Shown: positions 48,972-60,947, numbered from the whole stretch's first letter. The stretch: 63,702 nucleotides of DNA, filler included, from Anaerolineae bacterium (GCA_041082215.1; 6 parts of 6 records of this genome joined end to end with filler, not necessarily neighbours in it); one strand, 5' to 3'. Notes: a model not told the origin generated them from the letters alone. Numbers and translations: made by a program.

Positions 48972-49262
48972 ATGAGAACGGCGATTATCGTCATCGGGAT
49001 GGTGACCGGCATCGAGATCTGGCTGCTGCTCTTTCTGCTCTGGCGGATCGCCCGTTTCTACGAGCGCTCGTCGGGCCGTCGTGTCTTCTCTTTCCTGTTC
49101 CTCCCCTCCATGCTGTTCCTCGCCGGGGGAGGGGTGTACTACCTGATCGCCGACTCGGGCTTCGTCGGCAACAGCCTGGCGGACTTCATCCTCTTCCTGG
49201 GCGGAGCTTTGCTGGTTATCGCGACTACCCTTATGGAGCAGATTATGATGGGAGGGAAATGA
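48972..49262 (+). CDS. Small membrane protein (3 TM)
   Basis: Three hydrophobic segments; operonic spacing. Confidence 0.75.
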   Translation: MRTAIIVIGMVTGIEIWLLLFLLWRIARFYERSSGRRVFSFLFLPSMLFLAGGGVYYLIADSGFVGNSLADFILFLGGALLVIATTLMEQIMMGGK

Positions 49263-49636
49263 GGGAGACGCTGCTCGAGGTCATCGTCACACCTCTGGGG
49301 CCAACAGGGCTGATCGGGCTGCTGTTTGCCCTCTTCCTCTACATCAACCTCAGCAGAAGGCTGGGGGAAGTGACGAAAATGCCCCCCCGCTACCGGTGGC
49401 TGTGGGGCGGCGTTGTTTTCGTTGGAGTGGCGCTGGTCGTATCTATCCTTGGACGGGCAGCCCACCTCTCGTCCAGAGCAGAGGTTACCCCCCTCACCTC
49501 GCCAGAATTCGCTCTCTTCTTCTACCACATCCCGCTCTTCATCGGCGTCACGATCAGCCTGATCGCTATCTGGAAATACTGGTCGTGGCTACTGACCGGA
49601 GAGCAGGAGGGAGAAGATAGAAGGAAGAAAAAGTAG
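49259..49636 (+). CDS. Small membrane protein (3 TM)
   Basis: Three hydrophobic segments; ATGA overlap with the previous gene; YWSWL tail. Confidence 0.78.
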   Translation: MRETLLEVIVTPLGPTGLIGLLFALFLYINLSRRLGEVTKMPPRYRWLWGGVVFVGVALVVSILGRAAHLSSRAEVTPLTSPEFALFFYHIPLFIGVTISLIAIWKYWSWLLTGEQEGEDRRKKK

Positions 49637-49638
49637 AT

Positions 49639-50709
49639 ATGGGAACGCCGCGACCACAAAGATGGGACAGCCTGACCGAGCTTCGGAACCTCCTGCGGCA
49701 AACGCCCAAGGTGGACCTCCACCGACATCTGGAGGGGTCGCTTCGACTGCAGACGCTGGCGGAGATCGCCACCGAACACGGCCTGGATCTGCCCGCCCAG
49801 AGCATTGAGGAACTGCGGCCCTACGTCCAGGCGACCAGCGACGAACCGGACTTTCACCGTTTTCTCGCCAAGTTCCGTCTGCTGCGCCAGTTCTACCGCA
49901 GCAAAGAGGCAGTAGAGCGGGTCGCCTACGAAGCCGTCGCCGACGCCGCTGCCGATCAGATCCGCTATCTGGAACTTCGCTTTAACCCGGTCGCCCTCTC
50001 CCGCGCCCAGAATTTCTCCCTGGATGAAGTGACCGAATGGGTCTGTAATGCCATCGCCCGTGCTCAGAAGGACCACGACATCTGGGTCCGCCTGATCCTC
50101 CAGATCGGGCGGGAGGAGCCGCTCAGCATCGCCGAAGAGATCGTCTCGCTGGCGATCGCCTATCGGGATCGGGGGGTGGTCGGCATTGACCTTGCGGGGG
50201 ATGAGGCCAGCTTCCCCTCCCACCGCTTCGCCCCTTCCTTCCATCGGGCCTGGCAGGCAGGCCTGGGCATCACCATCCACGCCGGAGAGGCAGGGGGAGC
50301 CAGGAACGTCCGCGACGCCATCCGGCTGCTCCACGCCCGCCGTATCGGCCACGGCATACGGGTAGTGGAGAACTCAGATGTTGTCCGTTTCGTCCGCGAA
50401 CAGGGAGTGACGCTGGAGGTCTGCCCCACCAGCAATATGCAGACCGGCGTGGTCCGTACTTTCAGCCAGCACCCGTTGCCCGACCTGATGGCCCTGGGTG
50501 TCCGGGTCACCATCAACACCGATGACCCCAGCGTCTCCGATACGACGCTGACCGATGAGTACATCGTCGCCATCACCGCCCTCGGCCTGGAGCTGGAACA
50601 TGTCCAGCAGACTATCCTCAACGCGGTGGACGCGGCCTTCCTTCGGGAAGAGGAGCGGCCGGAGCTGCGCAGACGGTTTGAAGGATGGCTGGCAGAACAG
50701 GAGGGATGA
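49639..50709 (+). CDS. add: Adenosine deaminase family protein
   Basis: DLHRHLEGS, DLAGDE, HAGE, RIGHG, CPTSN, NTDDP. Confidence 0.93.
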   Translation: MGTPRPQRWDSLTELRNLLRQTPKVDLHRHLEGSLRLQTLAEIATEHGLDLPAQSIEELRPYVQATSDEPDFHRFLAKFRLLRQFYRSKEAVERVAYEAVADAAADQIRYLELRFNPVALSRAQNFSLDEVTEWVCNAIARAQKDHDIWVRLILQIGREEPLSIAEEIVSLAIAYRDRGVVGIDLAGDEASFPSHRFAPSFHRAWQAGLGITIHAGEAGGARNVRDAIRLLHARRIGHGIRVVENSDVVRFVREQGVTLEVCPTSNMQTGVVRTFSQHPLPDLMALGVRVTINTDDPSVSDTTLTDEYIVAITALGLELEHVQQTILNAVDAAFLREEERPELRRRFEGWLAEQEG

Positions 50710-50836
50710 GCCTGACAGCAAGTTGAAGAAGGCCGGCGATGGCTGGATCAGGTCAGGGAGGACTCCCGATGGGCCCGCTACCTGGCCCGGCAAGGCGGCT
50801 ATCACCTGGCCCGCTTCCTGTGATTAAAGAGGGCAA

Positions 50837-52531
50837 ATGCATCGAACTTTACGCGACCAGATTGCCGATCTGATCATTCAGGCCATCCAGATCGCCCAGG
50901 CGGCAGGGGACCTGCCCGCATTCGAGACACCGGAGCCGCCCGTCGAACGGAGCCGGAAGCCGGGGTGGGGAGACTATGCCTCCTCCGTCTGCCTGAAGCT
51001 GGCCCGGGAGGCCAGGATGGACCCGCTGGAGATCGCCCGACGGACGATCGCCCACCTCCCTCCGGCCCCCCTCATCGGTCGGGCCGAGCCGGTCGCGCCG
51101 GGCTACATCAATCTCTGGCTGGATGAGGGCTGGCTTGCAGGCCAGGTCGAAGCTATCCTCGCTGCCGGGGAGACGTTCGGAGCGCTGGAGATCGGCCGCG
51201 GCCAGCGGGTACAGGTGGAGTTCGTCAGCGCCAACCCCACCGGCCCCCTCACCATCGGCTCCGCCCGCAACGCCGTCCTGGGAGATGCGCTGGCGTCGGT
51301 GCTGGAAGCCGCCGGCTACGGGGTGGAACGGGAGTATTATGTCAATGACGCTGGCTCCCAGGTACGCAAGTTCGGCGAGAGCGTCCTGGCCCGCTACGCC
51401 GAGGCGCTGGGAGAGGCCGTCCCCTTCCCGGAAGATGGCTACCGGGGACGGTACGTCACCGAACTGGGCCGGCAGCTCGCCGAACAGACGGGCCGAACCT
51501 ATCTGGAGATGGACCGCCAGGAGGCCATCCGCGCCGTGACCGACTGGGCGGTGGAGCGAATGCTGGAGACGATCCGGAAAGACCTGGCCGACCTGGGGGT
51601 CCATTTCGATTCCTGGCGGCACGAGCGCTCCTTCTACGAAGAGGGCCTGTTCGACCAGGTGCTGGAAAAACTGCGAGAGCGGGGCTACATCGTCGAGTAC
51701 GACGACGCCATCTGGTTCCGCCACCCGGACCTGGAGAAGGACGCGGTGCTTGTCCGTTCCCCCAAGGTTATCCCGGAGCCCTCGGAGCGGCCCACCTACC
51801 TGGCCTCCGACCTGGCCTACCTGTGGGATAAGCTGGTGGAACGGGGCTTCGACCGGGCCATCTACATCTGGGGGGCCGACCACCACGGGGATGTGCCCCG
51901 GGTCAAGGCGGGAGCCAGGGCGCTGGGGCTGGACCCCGACCGGCTGGTGATGATCCTCTACCAACTGGTCACCCTCTGGCAGGGAGGCGAGGAGGTCCGC
52001 ATGTCGAAGCGGACCGGGGAGTTTGTCACCCTGCGGGAGCTGCTGGATGAAGTGGGGCCGGACCCCATCCGCTTCCTGCTGCTGGCCCGCACCGCCGACG
52101 CAACGGTGGACTTCGATCTGGACCTGGCGGTAGAGCAGTCGGAACGGAACCCGGTCTACTACGTCCAGTACGCCCACGCCCGCATCGCCAGCATCCTCCG
52201 TCACGCCCAGGAGCGGGGCTGGTCGCTGGACGATCCGGCGGACCTGTCCCTCCTCCACCATCCCAGCGAGATGGCCCTGATCCGCAAGATGCTGGAGCTG
52301 CCGGAGGTGGTCGAGCAGGCGGCAGCAAAGCTCAGTCCCCACTTCCTCCCCTTCTACGCCCAGGAGCTGGCCGCCATCTTCCACGCCTTCTACCGGGACT
52401 GTCGCGTGGTCTCCTCCGACCCCGCCGAGGCCGATCTCACCCGCGCCCGGCTGCGGCTGGTACGGGCAGCCCGGCTCGTCCTGGCCCGCGTGCTCCGCCT
52501 GATGGGGATGAGCGTGCCGGAGAGGATGTGA
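50837..52531 (+). CDS. argS: Arginine--tRNA ligase
   Basis: EFVSANPTGPL, REYYVND.G.Q, GADHHG, MSKRTG, YYVQYAHARI, PERM. Confidence 0.97.
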   Translation: MHRTLRDQIADLIIQAIQIAQAAGDLPAFETPEPPVERSRKPGWGDYASSVCLKLAREARMDPLEIARRTIAHLPPAPLIGRAEPVAPGYINLWLDEGWLAGQVEAILAAGETFGALEIGRGQRVQVEFVSANPTGPLTIGSARNAVLGDALASVLEAAGYGVEREYYVNDAGSQVRKFGESVLARYAEALGEAVPFPEDGYRGRYVTELGRQLAEQTGRTYLEMDRQEAIRAVTDWAVERMLETIRKDLADLGVHFDSWRHERSFYEEGLFDQVLEKLRERGYIVEYDDAIWFRHPDLEKDAVLVRSPKVIPEPSERPTYLASDLAYLWDKLVERGFDRAIYIWGADHHGDVPRVKAGARALGLDPDRLVMILYQLVTLWQGGEEVRMSKRTGEFVTLRELLDEVGPDPIRFLLLARTADATVDFDLDLAVEQSERNPVYYVQYAHARIASILRHAQERGWSLDDPADLSLLHHPSEMALIRKMLELPEVVEQAAAKLSPHFLPFYAQELAAIFHAFYRDCRVVSSDPAEADLTRARLRLVRAARLVLARVLRLMGMSVPERM

Positions 52532-52539
52532 AAGCCATC

Positions 52540-52609
52540 ACCACAGAGATATAGAGGCCACAGAGAAAACAACAAAAGAGAAACTCTGTGTTCCCAGTGT
52601 CTCCGCGGT
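52540..52609. repeat. CACAGAG-type imperfect palindromic intergenic repeat (related half-copies at 8288-8313 and 34583-34608)
   Basis: ACCACAGAGATATAGAGGCCACAGAG ... CTCTGTGTTCCCAGTGTCTCCGCGGT. Confidence 0.7.
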
Positions 52610-52633
52610 TTTCAACCTTTTATGGAGAGAGGT

Positions 52634-53194
52634 ATGGGACTTAAGCCCGACCACTGGATCCGCAAGATGGCCCGGGAGCACAGGATGATCGAACCCTTTG
52701 TGGACCATCAGGTTCGAGAAGGGCTGATCTCCTTCGGGCTATCTTCCTACGGCTACGACATCCGCATCGCCGAGGAGTTCAAAATCTTCACCCCCGGCCT
52801 GGGGGACCTGACGGTGGTGGACCCAAAGCGGTTCGACACGCGGGCGATGGTGGATTTCAAAGGGGATGTATGCGTCATCCCCCCCAATTCTTTCGCCCTG
52901 GGCCGTTCGGTGGAGTATTTCCGCATCCCCAGGAACGTGCTCTGCATCTGCCTGGGGAAGTCCACCTACGCCCGCTGCGGCATCATCGTCAACATCACTC
53001 CCTTCGAGCCGGAGTGGGAGGGGTACGTCACCCTGGAGATCAGCAACACCACCCCGCTGCCAGCCAAAATCTACGCTGGCGAAGGGATTGCCCAGGTCCT
53101 CTTCTTCGAGGCAGACGAAGCGTGCGAGATCTCCTACGCCGACAAGAAGGGGAAATACCAGCGCCAGCAGGAGATCGCGCTGCCCCGGTTGTGA
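52634..53194 (+). CDS. dcd: dCTP deaminase
   Basis: [32 protein letters not shown]. Confidence 0.95.
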   Translation: MGLKPDHWIRKMAREHRMIEPFVDHQVREGLISFGLSSYGYDIRIAEEFKIFTPGLGDLTVVDPKRFDTRAMVDFKGDVCVIPPNSFALGRSVEYFRIPRNVLCICLGKSTYARCGIIVNITPFEPEWEGYVTLEISNTTPLPAKIYAGEGIAQVLFFEADEACEISYADKKGKYQRQQEIALPRL

Positions 53195-53198
53195 AGGG

Positions 53199-54359
53199 CT
53201 ATTCCCTCAAGCTGTAGGCCTGTTCGACCCGCTCGACCAGCCGCTCCCATGAGCGGCGGGCCTGGATGTCGCGGGCGGCGGCCTGTCCCAGCCGCTTCCG
53301 CAGCGGCTCGTCCCGCAGCAGGCGCACGACCCCCGCGGCAAACCCGTCCACATCCCCCGGCTCCACCAGCCAGCCTGTCTCCCCGTGGCGGATCACCTCC
53401 CGCACCTCTCCCACCCCCTCCGCCACCACCGGAACCCCCGTCGCCAGGAGATCGAGCAGCTTGACCGGACACTTGGCCCGATTGACCAGGGTGTCGTCGA
53501 AGGGATAGACGGCCAGGGCGGCACGGGCAAAGTAACCCGGCAGCGCCTCCGGCTCCACCCACCCGACGTATTCCACTGCCTCTTCCAGCCCAAGCCGCTC
53601 TGCCTCCCGCAACAGGACCTCCTCCTCGCCGAACAGCCCCTTCCCCACCACCAGCAGCCGGGCCTCCGCCACCTCCTCCCGCACCCGCCGCACCACCTCC
53701 AGCACACGAGAGAGGGAAAACTCGAAGAAGCGGGTGTAGAGAAGAATGCAGGGGGCAGGAGGCGCTGAGCGTTGCGGGGGGTGGGCCACAGGGGGCACCC
53801 CGTTGGGGACGTAGAAGACGCGGGAGGGTGGCACACCGAGGGACCAGACCAGGCTTTCCAGAGTTCGGCTGGCGACGGTGATGGCGTCGGCGTGGGTCAG
53901 CCCCCACCGCTCCTGCCAGGCGAAGAAGGCCCGCTGGGCGGATGTGTAGGGGGCCAGGTCGTTCCACCCCCCTGGCCCTTCCCAGTCGTCGGTGTCCACC
54001 ACCAGCCAGGGGCGGCGACGGCGCGGCAGGCGGACCAGCAGCCAGTGGGCCAGCCCGGCGTAGGCTTTCGGCTTGAAAAGATGGACCACATCGGGCCGGA
54101 GGGCCAGGGCACGCCGGACCAGCCGCAGGCCGGTCTGGAGATGAAAAAGGACGGGAAGGCGGAGGGGAAGGCGGATATTCTCCACGGCGACCCCCCCCTC
54201 CTCCCACCGTCTCCCCTCGTCCTCCGGGTTCTGCCAGGGAGGGAGGAGGACCGTCACCCGATGGCCTCGCGCCGTCAGTGCGTGGGCCATCGGAAGCGCC
54301 CGCACCGCCATCGTGCCCCTGGGTCGCAAGCCGAAGGGGCCCACCATCACCACCCGCAT
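53199..54359 (-). CDS. Glycosyltransferase family 4
   Basis: GT-B features: DTDDWEG, PNG, CPVKLLDLLATGVPVVA. Confidence 0.85.
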   Translation of the reverse strand: MRVVMVGPFGLRPRGTMAVRALPMAHALTARGHRVTVLLPPWQNPEDEGRRWEEGGVAVENIRLPLRLPVLFHLQTGLRLVRRALALRPDVVHLFKPKAYAGLAHWLLVRLPRRRRPWLVVDTDDWEGPGGWNDLAPYTSAQRAFFAWQERWGLTHADAITVASRTLESLVWSLGVPPSRVFYVPNGVPPVAHPPQRSAPPAPCILLYTRFFEFSLSRVLEVVRRVREEVAEARLLVVGKGLFGEEEVLLREAERLGLEEAVEYVGWVEPEALPGYFARAALAVYPFDDTLVNRAKCPVKLLDLLATGVPVVAEGVGEVREVIRHGETGWLVEPGDVDGFAAGVVRLLRDEPLRKRLGQAAARDIQARRSWERLVERVEQAYSLRE

Positions 54360-54361
54360 CC

Positions 54362-56152
54362 CTAATCCACCGTCAAGGTCTTGCTCAAATTGCGCGGGAA
54401 GTCGGGGTCGTACCCCCGGGCCAGGCTGAGCCGGTAGGCCAGGAGCTGGAGGGGCAGCGTGGCCAGAAGCGGGTTAAAAAGCGGCCCTGCCTGGGGCAAA
54501 AGGATCAGATCGTGGGCGTTGGCCCGCAGACGGGGGTCCTCCTCGGCGATGGCGATGGCCCGCCCGCCCCGACAGGTGGTCTCGTTGATCCCGCTCACCA
54601 GAAGCGGCACATCCTCCGGCCCGACGACGAAGAGGACCGGATACCCTTCGTCCACGGCGGAGAGGGGGCCATGTTTGAACTCGGTGGAGAGCATCCCCTC
54701 GCAGTGGGCGTAGGTGACCTCCTTGAGCTTCAACGCTCCCTCCAGGGCGATGGGATAGGTCAGGCCGTAGCCCAGGCAGTAGAGGTCGTCCTGGTCCGCC
54801 AGCGCCAGCTCCAGCGCCCCCACCTGCGGCTCGACCACCCGCAACGTCTCCTCCAGGAGATCAGGAAGGTAGGCCAGCTCCGATGTGAGGTGGCCCCCCA
54901 TCCGTAACGCCAGGAACAGGAAGGCCACCGCCTGGTTGGTGAAGGTCTTGGTGGCAGGGACGCTGATCTCATAGCCGCATGCCAGGGGGAGATACCGCTC
55001 GCTCTCATTCATCAGGGTAGAGCCGAGCACGTTGACCAGCCCCAGGGCCCCCATCCCCCGCTCCCGCGCTACCTCCAGAGCGTTGAGCACATCTTTGGTC
55101 TCCCCACTCTGGCTGACGAACACCCCCACATCCTCCGGCCCCACCGCTGGCCCGTACTGGGCGATGAACTGGGGGGCCAGGATGGGGATGGCGGGCCGAT
55201 GGGCCAGACGGGCCAGGTAGATGGAGCCGAGAAGGCAGGCGTGGTAACTGGTGCCACAGCCGATCAGATAGAGGTGGCGAGCCGAGGCCATCCGCTCGAC
55301 CATCGGCGCCACGTGCGGTGAGGCTTCCAGAAGGTGGATCAGCTCCCCGGCTACCTGGGGCTGCTCGTGGATCTCCTTCAGCATGAAGTGGGGATACCCC
55401 CCCTTCTGTGCCAGCTCCATGCTTTCGGGGACCACCTCCACCTCTCGCTCGACCACGCTCCCATCCTCGACGCGCCGCAGTTCGACCCTGCCCGCCTCGA
55501 GGACCACGATCTCCCCATCCCGCACCCGCAGGATACGGCGGGTGAGGGGCAGGATGGAGGGCAGGTCGGAGGAGACGCAGGCAGCCCCGTCGGCCAGGCC
55601 GGCCACCAGACCCGACCCCTTCTTGATGGCGTACAGCCGGTCCTCCCCCACCCTTCCGATGACGAAGGCATAATCCCCTTCCAGGTCCCGGTAAGCCCGA
55701 CGGATCGCCTCCAGCATGTCGTACCCCCGGTCCACATACCGCTCCACGGCGTGGACGCAGGACTCGCCGTCGTTGGTGGAGCGGACCGTCATACCTTCGG
55801 CGATGAACTGCTGGCGCAATTCGACGTTGTTGACCACGTTGCCGTTGTGGGCGCCCACCAGGTCGCCGTCGGAATCCAGGTGGGGCTGGGCGTTCGCCGC
55901 AGAGGGCGCGCCGAAGGTGGCCCAGCGGAGCTGGACGATGCCCCGCTGCCCGACCATCTCGGCAAAGCGAAGCCGCCCTGCCACCTCGTCCACCTTCCCC
56001 ACATCCTTGCGCAGGTCTATGGTCCCATCCTCCCGCAGGGTCGCACATCCCACCGAGTCGTATCCCCGGTAGGATAGGCGTCGGCCTGCTTCGATCAGAA
56101 TTTCCCCAAGCGGCTGTTCCCGCTCCACGACGATGCCGAAAATCCCGCACAT
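54362..56152 (-). CDS. Second, divergent glutamine--fructose-6-phosphate aminotransferase homolog
   Basis: MCGIFG, YRGYDS, QLRWAT, HNG, SQSGET, ALKLKE, PRNLSKTLTVD. Confidence 0.88.
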   Translation of the reverse strand: MCGIFGIVVEREQPLGEILIEAGRRLSYRGYDSVGCATLREDGTIDLRKDVGKVDEVAGRLRFAEMVGQRGIVQLRWATFGAPSAANAQPHLDSDGDLVGAHNGNVVNNVELRQQFIAEGMTVRSTNDGESCVHAVERYVDRGYDMLEAIRRAYRDLEGDYAFVIGRVGEDRLYAIKKGSGLVAGLADGAACVSSDLPSILPLTRRILRVRDGEIVVLEAGRVELRRVEDGSVVEREVEVVPESMELAQKGGYPHFMLKEIHEQPQVAGELIHLLEASPHVAPMVERMASARHLYLIGCGTSYHACLLGSIYLARLAHRPAIPILAPQFIAQYGPAVGPEDVGVFVSQSGETKDVLNALEVARERGMGALGLVNVLGSTLMNESERYLPLACGYEISVPATKTFTNQAVAFLFLALRMGGHLTSELAYLPDLLEETLRVVEPQVGALELALADQDDLYCLGYGLTYPIALEGALKLKEVTYAHCEGMLSTEFKHGPLSAVDEGYPVLFVVGPEDVPLLVSGINETTCRGGRAIAIAEEDPRLRANAHDLILLPQAGPLFNPLLATLPLQLLAYRLSLARGYDPDFPRNLSKTLTVD

Positions 56153-56172
56153 ATCCCGTTTCCTGCCTCTTT

Positions 56173-58017
<1,845 letters not shown>

Positions 58018-58018
58018 C

Positions 58019-59287
58019 TTACGTACTCCGTATTGCGTGTTGCGTGCCGTGTACCACTACCTTCCTACTCAGTTCCTGTTCGATCTCCTCCGGCCTCACC
58101 TCGTCCAGCGATTGCCCTTCTGGCCCGCCGAACATCGCCGGAGGGAGCATCACCACATCGCCCAGCTCCCGTTCCCGGAGCTGCTCGACCACATCGCGGC
58201 CGGTGAGCAGCCCCGCCACCGTGACCGTCTCCCCGAAGAACCGGTTCTTCACCGCCACCACCTCCACACCGGCTATCCCTGCCACCGCCCGGCGAAGCTC
58301 CGGCGCGAAGAGCGTCCCCGTTACCAGAGTGGCAGACCTGAGATCCCCGCCCCCTGCATCCCGCACCCTGCACCTTGCATCCTGCGACTTGCACCCTGCC
58401 ACCATCCCCACCCCGTTCTCCTTCAGGTCCAGCCCGTCGTAGGCAGCCAGCGGTGGTATCTCCTCCCCCAGCCGCAGATACCACTCGTCGGAAAGGTAGA
58501 CGAAGTTCGCGCCGAGCCGCGGACGAAGGCGGGTCTGCCAGGCGGTCACCTGGTCGAAGACGGCGCGGGCCTCCTCCAGCGTGTGCACCCGGCAGCCGCC
58601 CCGGTGGTACTTCGTCAACCCCACCGGCACCACGCTGACGGACCGGACCCCCGGGTACAGCCCGCTCAGATCGGCGATGGAACGGTCCAGATGGGGGCCG
58701 TCGTTCAGGCCCGGCACCAGGACGATCTGGGTGTGGACCTCGATGCCCATTTCGACCAGGCGATGGAGCTGGGCTGTCACATCCGGCGCGCGGGGGTTGC
58801 GCAGAACCCGACGGCGGAGTTCCGGGTCGGTGGCGTGGACGGAGACGTAGAGCGGGCTCAGGTGCTGCTCCCCGATCCGCCCCCAGTCCTCTTCTGTCAG
58901 ATTGGTCAGAGTGATGTAGTTGCCGAAGAGGAAGGAGTAGCGGTAGTCGTCGTCCTTGATGTAGAGAGAGCGGCGCAGGCCGGGGGGCATCTGGGCCACG
59001 AAGCAGAACTCGCAGCGGTTGTTGCAGCGGCGGATGTCGGTGTCGAAGGTGGGGCGGACGAATTCCAGCCCCAGGGGTTCGTCGTAGCGACGGCGCACCC
59101 GGAGGCTCTGCCGTCGCCCGCCACGCCGCACCTGCAAGAGCAGCTCCTCTTCGGCTGCATAGAAGCGGACGTCTATGACATCCCGCAGAGGCTGGCCGTT
59201 GATGGAAAATAACTCATCCCCCGGTGCAAGGCCCAGCCTGTGGGCCAGGCTGCCGGGGGTTACGTGGGCGATCAGGCCCCCTCGCAT
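58019..59287 (-). CDS. DUF512 PDZ/radical-SAM-like protein
   Basis: N-terminal PDZ, CNNRCEFCF, KDDDYRYSFL.GNYITLTN, ENGVGM. Confidence 0.92.
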   Translation of the reverse strand: MRGGLIAHVTPGSLAHRLGLAPGDELFSINGQPLRDVIDVRFYAAEEELLLQVRRGGRRQSLRVRRRYDEPLGLEFVRPTFDTDIRRCNNRCEFCFVAQMPPGLRRSLYIKDDDYRYSFLFGNYITLTNLTEEDWGRIGEQHLSPLYVSVHATDPELRRRVLRNPRAPDVTAQLHRLVEMGIEVHTQIVLVPGLNDGPHLDRSIADLSGLYPGVRSVSVVPVGLTKYHRGGCRVHTLEEARAVFDQVTAWQTRLRPRLGANFVYLSDEWYLRLGEEIPPLAAYDGLDLKENGVGMVAGCKSQDARCRVRDAGGGDLRSATLVTGTLFAPELRRAVAGIAGVEVVAVKNRFFGETVTVAGLLTGRDVVEQLRERELGDVVMLPPAMFGGPEGQSLDEVRPEEIEQELSRKVVVHGTQHAIRST

Positions 59288-59964
59288 GCCCGTTCCTCGA
59301 CCAGTTGCAGGACCCTCTCCAGCACTTCCCGGATGCTCAACCTGGTGGTATCCACCACCACCGCCCCGTCCGGCACTCGAAGGGGGGAGATGGCCCGGTG
59401 GCTGTCAATCTCATCCCGGCGGCGCATCATCGCCAGCACCTCCTCATACTCTGCTGGCTCTCCCCGCTCCTGCAACTCCCGCCACCGCCGCCGTGCCCGC
59501 TCCTCCACCGTCGCATCCAGGTAGAGCTTCAGGTCGGCTTCAGGGAGGACCACCGAGCCGATGTCCCGCCCGACCATCACGATCCGCCCGCTGGCGGCGA
59601 CCCGCCGCTGCTGGCGGACCATCGCCTCCCGGACCCCTCTGTAGGCGGAGACCAGGGAGACGTTGGCGTCCACCTCCGGCCGGCGGATGCTCCAGGTCAC
59701 GTCCTCCCCGTCGGCCATGACTGTGTACTGGCGTCCGTCGTTCACTGTTGGGGGGAGCACGTCAATGTGGAGCGCCTCTGCCAGCTCCGTGACCGCCTTT
59801 TCGTCCTCCAGAGGGATTCCCCGCTCCAGCGCGATCCAGGTGACCGCGCGGTACATCACGCCGGTGTCGAAGTAGAGATAGCCCAGCCGCCGGGCGATTT
59901 CTTCACCGATGGTACTTTTGCCCGAGGCGGCCGGTCCGTCTATGGTGATGGTTGAAGGTCTCAA
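59272..59964 (-). CDS. cmk: Cytidylate kinase
   Basis: IDGPAASGKST, DTGVMYRA, GRDIG; TTG start overlapping the upstream stop. Confidence 0.95.
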   Translation of the reverse strand: MRPSTITIDGPAASGKSTIGEEIARRLGYLYFDTGVMYRAVTWIALERGIPLEDEKAVTELAEALHIDVLPPTVNDGRQYTVMADGEDVTWSIRRPEVDANVSLVSAYRGVREAMVRQQRRVAASGRIVMVGRDIGSVVLPEADLKLYLDATVEERARRRWRELQERGEPAEYEEVLAMMRRRDEIDSHRAISPLRVPDGAVVVDTTRLSIREVLERVLQLVEERACEGA

Positions 59965-60695
59965 CGCCGCTCTCTTCCTCTCTTTGTCTCCCCCTTCAAA
60001 GCCCGCACCTCCCCTGGGGAAAGGTGCCGCCACCGGCCCGGCGGAAGCCCCTCCAGGCGGACGGGGCCGATGCGCACGCGGATCAGCCGATAGACCGGAT
60101 GGCCGAGCATCGCCGCCACCCGCCGGACCTGTCGTTTACGCCCTTCCCGCAACACCACCCGCAGCCAGGTTCGTTCCTTCTCCTGCTGGAGCACCGACAC
60201 CACAGCAGGGGCCGTGGGCCGTCCTTCCAGAAGGACCCCCTGCCGCCACTTCTCCAGCACCTGCTCATCCGGCCGCCCTTCCACCAGCACGTGATACTCC
60301 CTCTCGTGGCCAAAGCGGGGATGGGAGAGCCGGAAGGCCAGGTCGCCGTCGTCGGTGAGGAGAACCAGCCCCTCGCTCCGCAGGTCCAGTCGCCCCACCG
60401 GAAAGAGATGGCCCGGCAGGTCCACCAGCTCCCGCACTGTGGGCAGCCGCCCTGTGCTGTCCCCTTCGTCGGAGAGGACCCCCGGGGGCTTATTGAGGGC
60501 AATGTAGGTGAACTCCCGCTTCAACCGGAGCGGCCGTCCGTCAACCGTGATGCGGTCCCGCTCCGGATCGGCCTTCTGACCCAGGCGGGCTATTTCCCCG
60601 TTGACAGCGACCCGCCCCTGGCGGATCAACTCCTCACAGGCCCGGCGGGACCCGAAGCCGGCACGGGCCAGGACCTTCTGTAACCGCTCCTCCAT
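59961..60695 (-). CDS. rluB: rRNA pseudouridine synthase (RluB/RsuA family)
   Basis: ERLQKVLA..G.GSRR S4 domain, VGRLD, EGRKRQVRR. Confidence 0.88.
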   Translation of the reverse strand: MEERLQKVLARAGFGSRRACEELIRQGRVAVNGEIARLGQKADPERDRITVDGRPLRLKREFTYIALNKPPGVLSDEGDSTGRLPTVRELVDLPGHLFPVGRLDLRSEGLVLLTDDGDLAFRLSHPRFGHEREYHVLVEGRPDEQVLEKWRQGVLLEGRPTAPAVVSVLQQEKERTWLRVVLREGRKRQVRRVAAMLGHPVYRLIRVRIGPVRLEGLPPGRWRHLSPGEVRALKGETKRGRERR

Positions 60696-60773
60696 CTGCT
60701 TGAGAGTTATTATAACGCAGGAGGGGAGAAGGGGCAAAGAAACGGTGTTAGGGGGCACCGACGCAAACGGGAA

Positions 60774-60801
60774 GGGGCAACGCAGTGTGCTGCGTTGCCC
60801 C
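60774..60801 (-). terminator. Hairpin, candidate terminator
   Basis: GGGGCAACGCAG-tgtg-CTGCGTTGCCCC; TTCCCGTTT follows on the minus strand. Confidence 0.55.
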
Positions 60802-60947
60802 CGAGCTGGACAGGCCGTCCTCCCGATCAGATTGCTTATACCAGAGCTTTCCCCGATGTTCCCCCCACCACCCCTGCACGCACGACCCGTCCTTTGAAGA
60901 AAAGGTAGATGAACATTGACGGTTTCATCGCTTTTCTCCCTTCCAGC

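Noticed and set aside
60731..60771. GGCAAA...GACGCAAA resembling a c-di-GMP-I riboswitch
   Set aside because: Lacks the GNRA-capped stem and second hairpin, and has no credible downstream gene on that strand
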